Source: Bacillota bacterium | GTDB taxonomy: Bacteria > Vulcanimicrobiota > JAMDEM01 | Direction: 5' to 3' | DNA length: 34,199 nt | NCBI GenBank assembly: GCA_023486985.1 | Contig: JAMDEM010000028.1 | Span: forward strand, 1-34,199 | In this document: piece by piece, positions 7,790 through 14,330 of the stretch | Position numbering within the stretch: the first letter of the stretch is position 1 | Layout: the number at the start of each line of letters is the position of its first letter | Notes under the pieces: model-generated | Seen by the model: only the letters and a program-made list of their open reading frames with translations | Database searches by the model: none | What the model was told of the DNA's origin: nothing | Made by a program: the position numbers and the translations under genes

Positions 7790-7859
7790 ATTTTGCGATT
7801 GAAAACTCTGCAGCTATGCTGCGGAGTATCGTGCCCGCAAAACAAGCTCTGCTTATTTT
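7790..7859 (+). repeat. Structured 70-nt element, copy 1 (second copy at 21883-21955)
   Basis: About 93 percent identical to 21883-21955 (4 substitutions and 1 indel, aligned by eye). The outer stem pairs ttttgcg (7791-7797) with cgcaaaa (7836-7842). The inner 10-bp stem pairs actctgcagc (7805-7814) with gctgcggagt (7818-7827) and includes one G-U pair. A U-rich tail follows. Two of the substitutions fall in the inner loop. Confidence 0.75.
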
Positions 7860-8361
7860 CGAATGGCGACAATCCAGGCGGAGCCGTAGATAGCGCATGA
7901 GAAAACAAACTTGTTTATAAATTCGACCCCTGCAAATCACTGGCTGCTTGTAGGGAAATGTCAAGATTTTTGAGCAAGGCAGGGAATACAAATAACCCCG
8001 AAGGGGCAAGTGCCACGGGCTATACACGTGGGTATCTACTTTCAAAAATTCTCGCACAGGCTCCTGCGAAAATGTAGGCTCAGGAAGAGGATTTCTTTCT
8101 ATTTTCTGGAATCGCTGAGTTACCAGATCTAATTAATTATTCCAACATTCTTGAAGCGGGCTTTTAAAATTCATTCCTTTATGCCAATTCTTTATAGGAC
8201 ATTCAGCAACTTCACAGATAGCAGTCAGATGGTTGATAATGGCATCGTGTGCAAATTCCATATTATTTTATAAAGGTTCCGAGTGCATTCGTCTTTGGGA
8301 TACAGAAACCGACCTTTATAATAAAGGGCTAAAAATGTATCATGAGCAAAGGAGAATAAAA

Positions 8362-8826
8362 ATGGATATTAAAAAGATGCAACAAGTTTTCTTTGATTCT
8401 AGTGCTTTAATAAAATATTACAAGAAGGATGAAAAGGGTTGTGATAAAGTTTGGAAAATTCTTAATTCCAAAAATAGAGGATTTTCTGTAACTTGGCTAA
8501 CTATTGCTGAAGTGATAAATGTCTTAAAGTGTAGGCTTAATGGTAAAGAATTAATTGAGGCTCTAGATCGTCTTATTGCTGATATAAGCGGCCAGAAATT
8601 TGCAATTTTTTCACCTGAATCTGGTAAAAGTATATTTGATGTCACTCGACAGGTAGAAGAATACAAAGAAAAATACAATATAGACCTAGTTGATGCTTAT
8701 AATTTGCACTTTATAGATTCCGAATTCAGAAAAAGAAAATATACACCGAAACCTTTAATTGTATGCAGTGATAAAAAACTCAACAAAGCTTTTGAGGAAC
8801 TTGGATGGGAAGTTTGCGACCCATAG
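8362..8826 (+). CDS. PIN-domain protein (VapC-like ribonuclease fold) with no recognisable cognate antitoxin gene
   Basis: ORF track 8233..8826, trimmed to the ATG at 8362, which follows AAAGGAG. The acidic residues sit in PIN-like positions (VFFDSSAL, TIAEV, LVDAY, VCSDKKL). Confidence 0.65.
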   Translation: MDIKKMQQVFFDSSALIKYYKKDEKGCDKVWKILNSKNRGFSVTWLTIAEVINVLKCRLNGKELIEALDRLIADISGQKFAIFSPESGKSIFDVTRQVEEYKEKYNIDLVDAYNLHFIDSEFRKRKYTPKPLIVCSDKKLNKAFEELGWEVCDP

Positions 8827-8956
8827 GAATATATTTAATGCATAGTTTTTTCTCTTTTTCTCGCCAATTTCTTGACACTTGCTTGAATCTGAAGAATTGA
8901 AGCAAAGGTTGTTAATAAGATTAGGAAATCAGGCAAAAAGTAAGGAGGAAGCCATT

Positions 8957-9592
8957 ATGCCCAAAAGTTACATCGATATTTTTGAAGCAATCATAGGTAA
9001 TGATATTTCTGCTGTAGGAGAATTCATTAGCACGGGAGCAAATGTTAATTTAAAAAATAAAGATGGTTTTACACCTTTGCACCAAGCTGTATATAGAGGA
9101 TATAAAGATATTGTAGAATTGCTTATCAGCAAAGGAGCAGATATCAATGCAGAGGGTAAGTGGGGCGGGACGGCATTGCACAAGGCGGCATGGAAAAGTT
9201 ACAAAGATATAGCAGCGCTTCTAATTTCTAAAGGTGCCGATGTCAATGCAAAAGCTTATGATGGCTCGACGCCTTTGCACTGGGCCGTAGTGTTTGGCAA
9301 TAAAGATATTGTGGAATTGCTTATTAGTAAAAGCGCAAATGTCAACGCGAGAGATGAATCTGGCCTGACACCTTTACAGTATGCCTCAGATGAAAAACAA
9401 AGAAATGTTATGGAATTTTTTATCATCAAAAATGAAGACGGCCGTACGGCATTGTTCCCTGCTGCAGTAACAGGACAAAAAGATATTGTGGAATTGCTTA
9501 TCAACAAAGGAGCAGATGTCAATGCAAAAGATGAAACTGGCTTGACACCTTTGTATTCTGGGGAAAAGAAGTGGTGGCAGTTCTGGAAGTAA
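8957..9592 (+). CDS. Ankyrin-repeat protein (about 5-6 ANK modules)
   Basis: ORF track 8879..9592, trimmed to the ATG at 8957 after AAGGAGG. The module G-x-TPLH-x-A...G-x-KDIVELLISKGADVNA recurs, and the DNA-level repeat aaagatattgt(a/g)gaattgcttat occurs near 9106, 9303 and 9480. Confidence 0.85.
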   Translation: MPKSYIDIFEAIIGNDISAVGEFISTGANVNLKNKDGFTPLHQAVYRGYKDIVELLISKGADINAEGKWGGTALHKAAWKSYKDIAALLISKGADVNAKAYDGSTPLHWAVVFGNKDIVELLISKSANVNARDESGLTPLQYASDEKQRNVMEFFIIKNEDGRTALFPAAVTGQKDIVELLINKGADVNAKDETGLTPLYSGEKKWWQFWK

Positions 9593-9746
9593 TATTTTGA
9601 TATTTCACTGGTTTTGTGGGCACACGGGAAGGGTGGAAATACCTCCATCAAAAAATAAAAAATTTTCTCTTGCCTTTTCGTATTGCTGTTCATATCCAGC
9701 AAAATTTCAAAGGTTACTCGCAGAGAATGCTCCTTTCAGCCTCTTC

Positions 9747-10135
9747 CTACAGAGTTTCCAATTTTATAACTGCATTGAAAATAACTTGATTCACGGTTTC
9801 TTCTGCTACAGTGATTTGGCTTACAATTTTTGCAAGCTGCGGATGCAGCCTGCATGCACCATTTTCCAGCAGAAGAAAATCTTTCGGAGAAAAAACGCAC
9901 TTTTGAAGAAATTGCAAGACCAATTGTTCCACTTTGGGACGCAGAGGCTCCATGAGGTCATAAACCAGAGCCACTCGGTTTGAGATAACAAGCATGAAGA
10001 TAATCAATGGTGGTGTCGAGACCTGCTGATACCGCAGCCATTAAAACCTGACTTTCAAGAACTCCATAAACATAATTTAAAATAGCATTTACAGGATGGG
10101 TGGCATGACCTCAAAGTTATAATAAATTGCAGCGA
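9747..10135 (-). pseudogene. cas1: cas1 relic: C-terminal third of Cas1, 5'-truncated and frameshifted
   Basis: ORF 9747..10007 reads ...NRVALVYDLMEPLRPKVEQLVLQFL...SPKDFLLLENGACRLHP... My translation of 10008-10130 in another frame reads GHATHPVNAILNYVYGVLESQVLMAAVSAGLDTTIDYLHA, followed shortly by a stop. Together these reproduce the Cas1 pattern P-x-NALLNY-x-Y...GLD...FLH...ALVYDLME-x-RP. A stop lies immediately upstream of GHATHP, and the N-terminal two thirds of the protein are absent. Confidence 0.65.
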
Positions 10136-10155
10136 AGAAGCAAACTCTTTAATAT

Positions 10156-10593
10156 TTACTTTCTTCGGTAACTCAAAATCTCTTTTGTTTTCCTGAGAAA
10201 TACGGTGGCGCTGTTAATCAATTTTTGAGCGCCATCTTCAGAGAAAGTGGACTCATAATCAGCGTTTTCTCTTAAAGCCATGGCAGTAAAGAAATCATCA
10301 CAAAGGCTTTTTTCCAGTTTGTTTGTATCCACAAATAGAGCTCTAACAGCAACTGCCAGGCAATAATGACTTTTTTCCCGTAAGCCCTGGGAATATAAGA
10401 GCGCTCTGGCTCCATGGAACATAGAATAATAAGCTTGAATAGTAGCCCATTTATGGTTTTTATTTTTAAAGCTTTCTCTGGCGCTTATAAGATCGTTTTC
10501 TGCCGAATCTATTTCCTTTGGGATAAGTCGTTTTCCCTGAGGAAAGCTTTTTATGCTATTTTTCTTCAGACATTTTTCATATTCCGGATCCAT
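10156..10593 (-). CDS. HEPN-domain protein (toxin partner of a HEPN-MNT module)
   Basis: 145 aa. The motifs AYYSMFHGARALL and LRENADYE resemble HEPN (PF05168). GGGAGGG lies before the ATG. The gene overlaps the upstream nucleotidyltransferase gene by 17 nt. Confidence 0.7.
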   Translation of the reverse strand: MDPEYEKCLKKNSIKSFPQGKRLIPKEIDSAENDLISARESFKNKNHKWATIQAYYSMFHGARALLYSQGLREKSHYCLAVAVRALFVDTNKLEKSLCDDFFTAMALRENADYESTFSEDGAQKLINSATVFLRKTKEILSYRRK

Positions 10594-11125
10594 CGCTTCC
10601 CTCCCATAAAATTATTCCTCTGTTTATTTGCTCAAAGAAAGCAGGTTCTTTTTTTTCAAGGTTCACATATTGCAAAGGAGTTTTTATAATTGGTTGGGTT
10701 TTTTCTCGCAGGGAACTGTTATGAAAAAATTTGAAAACAATTTCAGGGTGGTTGGTGAGGATAAAGATATCAAAGTCGCTTTCTTCTGTGTTAGTGCCTG
10801 AAGCAGCGCTTCCAAAAAGAATTATTTTTCTGCTGGCTTTCTTAATTTTTTCAAAAAGGGGAAACAAAGTGATTAAAGTTTGCAATATTTTAAATTGTCT
10901 TAAGAAGGGATTAGAAAGGTCTGTTCGATAAAACTTCATCCTTCCCCGTATTTCTTCTTCTACGAGTTTTGCTCTGGCAAGCTTTCTCATGGCATAATTT
11001 ATTCCAGAACGGCTTACGCCAGTGGCTTCCCGTATTTCTTTTTCCAGAAATTGCTTTTCTGGATGAAGAAGAAGAAAGGATAGAGCCTTTTGTTCGTTTG
11101 TTTTAAATAAGATATTTTTAATCAT
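10577..11125 (-). CDS. Minimal nucleotidyltransferase (MNT) fused to an N-terminal winged-helix DNA-binding domain (antitoxin/regulator of the HEPN-MNT module)
   Basis: The NTase motif is ILFGSAASGTNTEESDFDIFILT (G-S ... D-x-D). The N-terminal segment LEKEIREATGVSRSGINYAMRKLARAKLVEE is wHTH-like. The start is moved from the TTG at 11176 to the ATG at 11125 because the intervening 51 nt carry the promoter and operator repeats. Confidence 0.7.
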   Translation of the reverse strand: MIKNILFKTNEQKALSFLLLHPEKQFLEKEIREATGVSRSGINYAMRKLARAKLVEEEIRGRMKFYRTDLSNPFLRQFKILQTLITLFPLFEKIKKASRKIILFGSAASGTNTEESDFDIFILTNHPEIVFKFFHNSSLREKTQPIIKTPLQYVNLEKKEPAFFEQINRGIILWEGSDGSGI

Positions 11126-11132
11126 TTTAAAT

Positions 11133-11183
11133 CCAAAATTTTGGAATTGATTCCATTTTAATGGATTTGATTCCAAAAGTCAA
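11133..11183 (-). promoter_or_regulatory. Promoter (TTGACT-N17-TAAAAT) with overlapping operator repeats for the MNT-HEPN operon
   Basis: On the minus strand, -35 TTGACT is at 11183-11178 and -10 TAAAAT at 11160-11155 with a 17-nt spacer. Two 14-mers TGGAWTTGATTCCA lie at 11142-11155 and 11162-11175, 20 nt apart. A perfect 12-bp palindrome ccaaaattttgg lies at 11133-11144, just upstream of the ATG at 11125. Confidence 0.5.
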
Positions 11184-11197
11184 GCTACAAGAACAAT

Positions 11198-11227
11198 TTA
11201 CATTATAAAAATTTGTCGTGATATAAT
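11198..11227 (+). promoter_or_regulatory. Sigma70-like promoter TTACAT-N18-TATAAT for the 575-aa gene
   Basis: TTACAT is at 11198-11203 and TATAAT at 11222-11227. A G-rich Shine-Dalgarno sequence (aaaggggggg) lies at 11248-11257 before the ATG at 11264. Confidence 0.35.
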
Positions 11228-11263
11228 TTTGTATCCATTGAGGCAGTAAAGGGGGGGCGCAAA

Positions 11264-12991
11264 ATGGTTAAGAAAGACGGCGGAGGAGCTGTAAAGCATA
11301 TCTCAAAAATAGAGCCGGCGAAGCATGCATCCCAGACCCAGGCTAAACCATCAAGCTCATCATCTCACAAAGATACATCCACAAGCAGTACCACGCATAA
11401 AGATAATGTCAGTCTTTCCAGCCAGGCGGAGAAAGATGCCGCCCGCCAGCGCATAGATAATGAACATGATGAAGAATTAAAAAGACTGGATGAGGAAAAG
11501 CAGGCAAAAGAAAAGGCGCTGGAAGAGGAAAGAATAGCAAAAGAAAAAGCAATTGAAGAAGAGAAGCAGGCGCGCCTTAAGGCACTGGAGGAAGAGCAGA
11601 AGCAGAAGGAAACCGAACTTCAGGCACAGCGTCTTAATGAACAGGAAAAAGCGGCAAAAGAAGCGGCTTTGAAAGCCGAGATGGCTGCAAAGAAAAAGGC
11701 TCTTGAAGATGAGGTTGCCGGCAAGAAAAATGCCCTTGCCGGGGAAATTGCAGATAAGAAAGCCGCCATAGACGCCAAGTACCAGGCTAAGATTTCTGCC
11801 ATTGACGGACCCGCGCTTCCGCCGAACTTCAATGAAATGTCCCCCGAGGAGCAGTATAATTATCTTCATGATGTCTCAGTTGCCATGGCGGGCGGAGATG
11901 AAAGCCAGTGGAGAACCGGCGAAGACGAGTTGAATATCATCGGAATCCGCAGTTTTCAGAATGGACAGGCTGTACCGCCTGAAGGCAATGTTTATAATGA
12001 TACGATTTACGCCGTTCGCATGCATGACGGAAAGCCCGAAGTTTATGCTTTTCAGGGAAGCGTTGATGCAGGCGTGGTAAATAATCCCGGCTCCACCGGA
12101 TTCGGCTATGCAGACCCTAAAACAGGAAAGTACCTGGGATTTTCCGATCTTGCAGACGGCTTTTATCCCATAGGCACATGGACCAAAGGAGCAGTCCCGC
12201 ACAGCGGGCTGGGTCTACGCCAGAATGGAGATATAAAAATTAATGTTGACCTGAACAATGACGGTATTATCGAGGATAATGAGCGTCTTGGAGTAACTGA
12301 AGGAGCCGGGTGGGGAATACAGTTCCATCCGGGGGGCACGGGCGACCGTGTGGGGTTATGGTCGGCAGGCTGTCAGGTCATCAAGGGGGACCAGTGGGGA
12401 CTTTTCCAGAACCTGATAAGCGAGGATAAAAACAAGGATTTCGCCTACACCCTAGTTGACAGCGCAAACCTGCCGCCTGTTGACGCCAATCACAGAGCGG
12501 TTGGAGTGCCCAATACCCCGGTAGCCACAGGTTCGGGCGGAACGTCCATATCGGCGGGAAGTTCAGGAGCCGTCACCGGTACGACAGATGCAGGAGCGGT
12601 AACCTCCGGTGTTTCGTATCCTGTATATGCAGCTCCGCAGACAGGGTCTCCGCTGGGAGCCTCTTACACGGGAGGCGGTGTTAATGCGCCTTTCGGTCCT
12701 GATGCCGTTGATTCTGTGGAGACCGGCGCTAATATCGACCAACAGTTGCAGAGCCTATGCCAGGCGGCGACGCAGGAAATAATGGCGGCAAAAAAAGGCG
12801 GTTTTGCACAGGCGGGAGGAATGAGTCCTGCGGTCAGTGCCCTGTACTTTACATATGCGCAGGTGCTTCTGCAGCACTTGTCCATTAAGCCGGAAACAGA
12901 GCAAATGGTTGCCAATAGTCTTGCTATGGCGGGAATCAATGTCCAGCAGCTTAAACAGGTTATCTCCCAGAACGCAGGGAAGCCCATGTAA
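11264..12991 (+). CDS. Multidomain protein: FlgM-N-like leader, KE-rich coiled coil, YkuD-like (L,D-transpeptidase fold) catalytic motif, Gly/Ser/Thr/Ala-rich linker and a C-terminal helical region
   Basis: The leader is MVKKDGGGAV...HKDNVSLSSQAEKDA. A heptad-like E/K/A-rich segment spans about aa 60-180. The motif IQFHPGGTGDRVGLWSAGCQVI (His codon 12326-12328, Cys codon 12371-12373) gives H-x14-C with S-x-G-C, as in YkuD-type L,D-transpeptidases and related peptidoglycan effectors. There is no signal peptide. Confidence 0.55.
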   Translation: MVKKDGGGAVKHISKIEPAKHASQTQAKPSSSSSHKDTSTSSTTHKDNVSLSSQAEKDAARQRIDNEHDEELKRLDEEKQAKEKALEEERIAKEKAIEEEKQARLKALEEEQKQKETELQAQRLNEQEKAAKEAALKAEMAAKKKALEDEVAGKKNALAGEIADKKAAIDAKYQAKISAIDGPALPPNFNEMSPEEQYNYLHDVSVAMAGGDESQWRTGEDELNIIGIRSFQNGQAVPPEGNVYNDTIYAVRMHDGKPEVYAFQGSVDAGVVNNPGSTGFGYADPKTGKYLGFSDLADGFYPIGTWTKGAVPHSGLGLRQNGDIKINVDLNNDGIIEDNERLGVTEGAGWGIQFHPGGTGDRVGLWSAGCQVIKGDQWGLFQNLISEDKNKDFAYTLVDSANLPPVDANHRAVGVPNTPVATGSGGTSISAGSSGAVTGTTDAGAVTSGVSYPVYAAPQTGSPLGASYTGGGVNAPFGPDAVDSVETGANIDQQLQSLCQAATQEIMAAKKGGFAQAGGMSPAVSALYFTYAQVLLQHLSIKPETEQMVANSLAMAGINVQQLKQVISQNAGKPM

Positions 12992-13040
12992 GACAGATTA
13001 ATTCCGGTGATTTTCCCGGGGTTGGTTTTTTCCTGCTTTC

Positions 13041-13421
13041 TCAGCCCTTCCATATCTTTATATCATCCATGGGATAATGTCTTAAATTCAAAGTGTAAAA
13101 AGAAGCTTTAGTAAATTTAGCGGTAGCTGCAAGCAGGGAGTCCCCAAGCTGCAACCCATGACTTTTACGGAATCTGCGCAGGTAAAATCCTGCAATCTTT
13201 GATATCTCGTCGTCTATGGGAATGCATTGCATGGTTTGAAAAAGGCGGTAAGTCTTTTCCTCCTCACCCCTGCGCATTCCCTGAAAAATTTCCGCCATTG
13301 TTACAGGAGAGTAAAGGAAAGTATGCCCTTCTTTATATAAATTCTCAAAAGACTTTAAAACCGCGGAATTGCCTCTTAATGCTTCAATAAGAACATCAGT
13401 ATCGATAAGGAATTCGCTCAT
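13041..13421 (-). CDS. vapC: VapC-family PIN-domain toxin
   Basis: The N-terminus MSEFLIDTDVLIEAL is typical of VapC, with further acidic residues in PIN positions. An ATGA overlap joins it to the upstream antitoxin gene. Confidence 0.8.
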   Translation of the reverse strand: MSEFLIDTDVLIEALRGNSAVLKSFENLYKEGHTFLYSPVTMAEIFQGMRRGEEEKTYRLFQTMQCIPIDDEISKIAGFYLRRFRKSHGLQLGDSLLAATAKFTKASFYTLNLRHYPMDDIKIWKG

Positions 13422-13687
13422 CTGCGGGAAAGCCTTTCCAAACGCTTATCCTCACGGAGGCTCTTTAAATAATCTTCAGTCTTTCCCAAATCCTGTCTGT
13501 TCTTCCAGATTCCTGCCACGGTATTTAAGGCATCCAGGAAACTTTCTCCTTTTTTCCCTGCATAGACCTTGTCAACAGCCTCCCGGATTAACTGTGCCAT
13601 CGTAACTTTGTTTTTTCGGCTTAATATTTGCAGGATTTGCCATTCATCGTTCGATAAATATATTTGCGTCCTCTTCAAGGAATTCAC
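13418..13687 (-). CDS. Ribbon-helix-helix (CopG/VapB-like) antitoxin
   Basis: KRTQIYLSNDEWQILQILSRKNKVTMAQLIREAVDKVY fits the RHH pattern (beta strand then two helices). A 4-nt overlap joins it to vapC. The real start may be the TTG at 13678, preceded by GAGGTGA, rather than the GTG at 13687. Confidence 0.7.
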   Translation of the reverse strand: MNSLKRTQIYLSNDEWQILQILSRKNKVTMAQLIREAVDKVYAGKKGESFLDALNTVAGIWKNRQDLGKTEDYLKSLREDKRLERLSRR

Positions 13688-13692
13688 CTCTA

Positions 13693-13707
13693 ATGTATAT
13701 TATACAT
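13693..13707 (-). promoter_or_regulatory. Palindromic operator candidate containing a TATAAT box upstream of the RHH-VapC operon
   Basis: atgtata-t-tatacat is a perfect 7-bp inverted repeat with a 1-nt spacer. Read on the minus strand it contains TATAAT, immediately upstream of the antitoxin start. Confidence 0.3.
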
Positions 13708-13723
13708 CATCAATTTTTTAGCG

Positions 13724-14239
13724 TCAAACCTCTTCTATGAAAAATTCCCAGGCGCACCAGTATTCCTCCGGATGTGGGTCAGGCGGGCAGGCAATACACT
13801 TTGTCTTTATTCTTGCATCTATGGTTTTTGCAAAAGTTTCGTATTCCACCAGCCCCACTGGTTTACAGGGAAAGTCAGCAAGTCCTTTCCTTTTTCTTGA
13901 TTCCTGAACCCGGCAGGTCTTCATGCGAAAGACACAGCGGTTTTCACTTACTTCCACAATTTCCTGAATATTTATGCGGGCATAGAGCCTGAATTTTAAA
14001 GCCTGAATTAAAGATGGAATGCCGCCGCCCGGCATTATATTCAATCTTTTCATTATTCTTTCTGCTTCTATGGGAGAAAATTTGCTCCAGACTTCTGCAT
14101 CAAGGCGGATGGCAGTTTCCAGCCCGAATTCCTTTTCCGCCGCCTGAAACCAGAGACCGTCGTGAGCAAGCCAGTTCTTGGCGGCATCAGATAGAAGATC
14201 TTTTATCTCTTCCCTGCTCAGTTCATCTAGTTCTTTCAA
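13724..14239 (-). CDS. Conserved hypothetical Cys-rich cytosolic protein (possibly DUF6125 / ATC-hydrolase-like; family assignment uncertain)
   Basis: 171 aa with no signal peptide or transmembrane segment. It contains KNWLAHDGLWFQ and seven Cys residues, including C-x-A-C-PPD. The family assignment rests on my recollection of the family pattern only. Confidence 0.3.
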   Translation of the reverse strand: MKELDELSREEIKDLLSDAAKNWLAHDGLWFQAAEKEFGLETAIRLDAEVWSKFSPIEAERIMKRLNIMPGGGIPSLIQALKFRLYARINIQEIVEVSENRCVFRMKTCRVQESRKRKGLADFPCKPVGLVEYETFAKTIDARIKTKCIACPPDPHPEEYWCAWEFFIEEV

Positions 14240-14243
14240 AGAG

Positions 14244-14330
14244 TTATCTCCCTTAACTCCCCCTACCCCTTTAATAAAGAGGGGGATAATTTGTATTCCT
14301 CCCCTTAAATTAAGGGGAGGTTAGGTGGGG
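14244..14330. repeat. C/G-rich palindromic intergenic element (copy D, divergent form) with a perfect 11-bp inverted repeat; possible terminator of the 661-aa gene
   Basis: cctccccttaa (14298-14308) pairs with ttaaggggagg (14310-14320). An upstream imperfect palindrome is cccctttaataaagagggg. ttaggtgggg resembles the GGTGAGGG box. The element starts directly after the stop at 14331. No U-run follows on the minus strand. Confidence 0.5.

Noticed and set aside
7790-7859. The 70-nt repeat as a tRNA, a CRISPR repeat or a DGR template/variable repeat pair
   Set aside because: The 7-bp outer stem encloses only one hairpin (52 nt), so it cannot form a cloverleaf. Only two copies exist, 14 kb apart, so it is not an array. 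The differences between copies are not adenine-specific and no reverse transcriptase is present.
7779-8057. 92-aa minus-strand ORF in the long gap after the second ATPase
   Set aside because: It has no Shine-Dalgarno sequence and a Cys/Arg/Leu-rich composition with no motif. It runs straight through the 70-nt structured repeat and other hairpins. It is more likely non-coding.
7735-8100. RNase P RNA, tmRNA or a group II intron fragment in the non-coding gap (triggered by gaaagtcc and gagccgta strings)
   Set aside because: The surrounding conserved blocks are absent on both strands. These include the P4 helix partners, the tmRNA acceptor ends and tag ORF, and intron domain V and the 5' GUGYG. 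The matches are only 6-8 nt.
9593-9746. Search for cas2 or a CRISPR array downstream of the cas1 relic (and elsewhere in the window)
   Set aside because: I found no regularly spaced direct repeats by eye. ORF 9256..9702 (minus) is antisense to the ankyrin gene and has no Cas2-like sequence. The short gattgaaaa strings at about 7797 and 9775 are isolated, and the second lies inside the cas1 coding remnant.
9597-9983. 128-aa plus-strand ORF
   Set aside because: It lies antisense to the Cas1-homologous reading frame and has a low-complexity, motif-free sequence. The Cas1 frame explains the region better.
11477-11869. Minus-strand ORFs and apparent tandem DNA repeats inside the 575-aa gene
   Set aside because: The repeats are the imperfect purine-rich codon periodicity of the E/K/A coiled-coil segment. 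The antisense ORFs (Phe/Leu-rich) are shadows of it.
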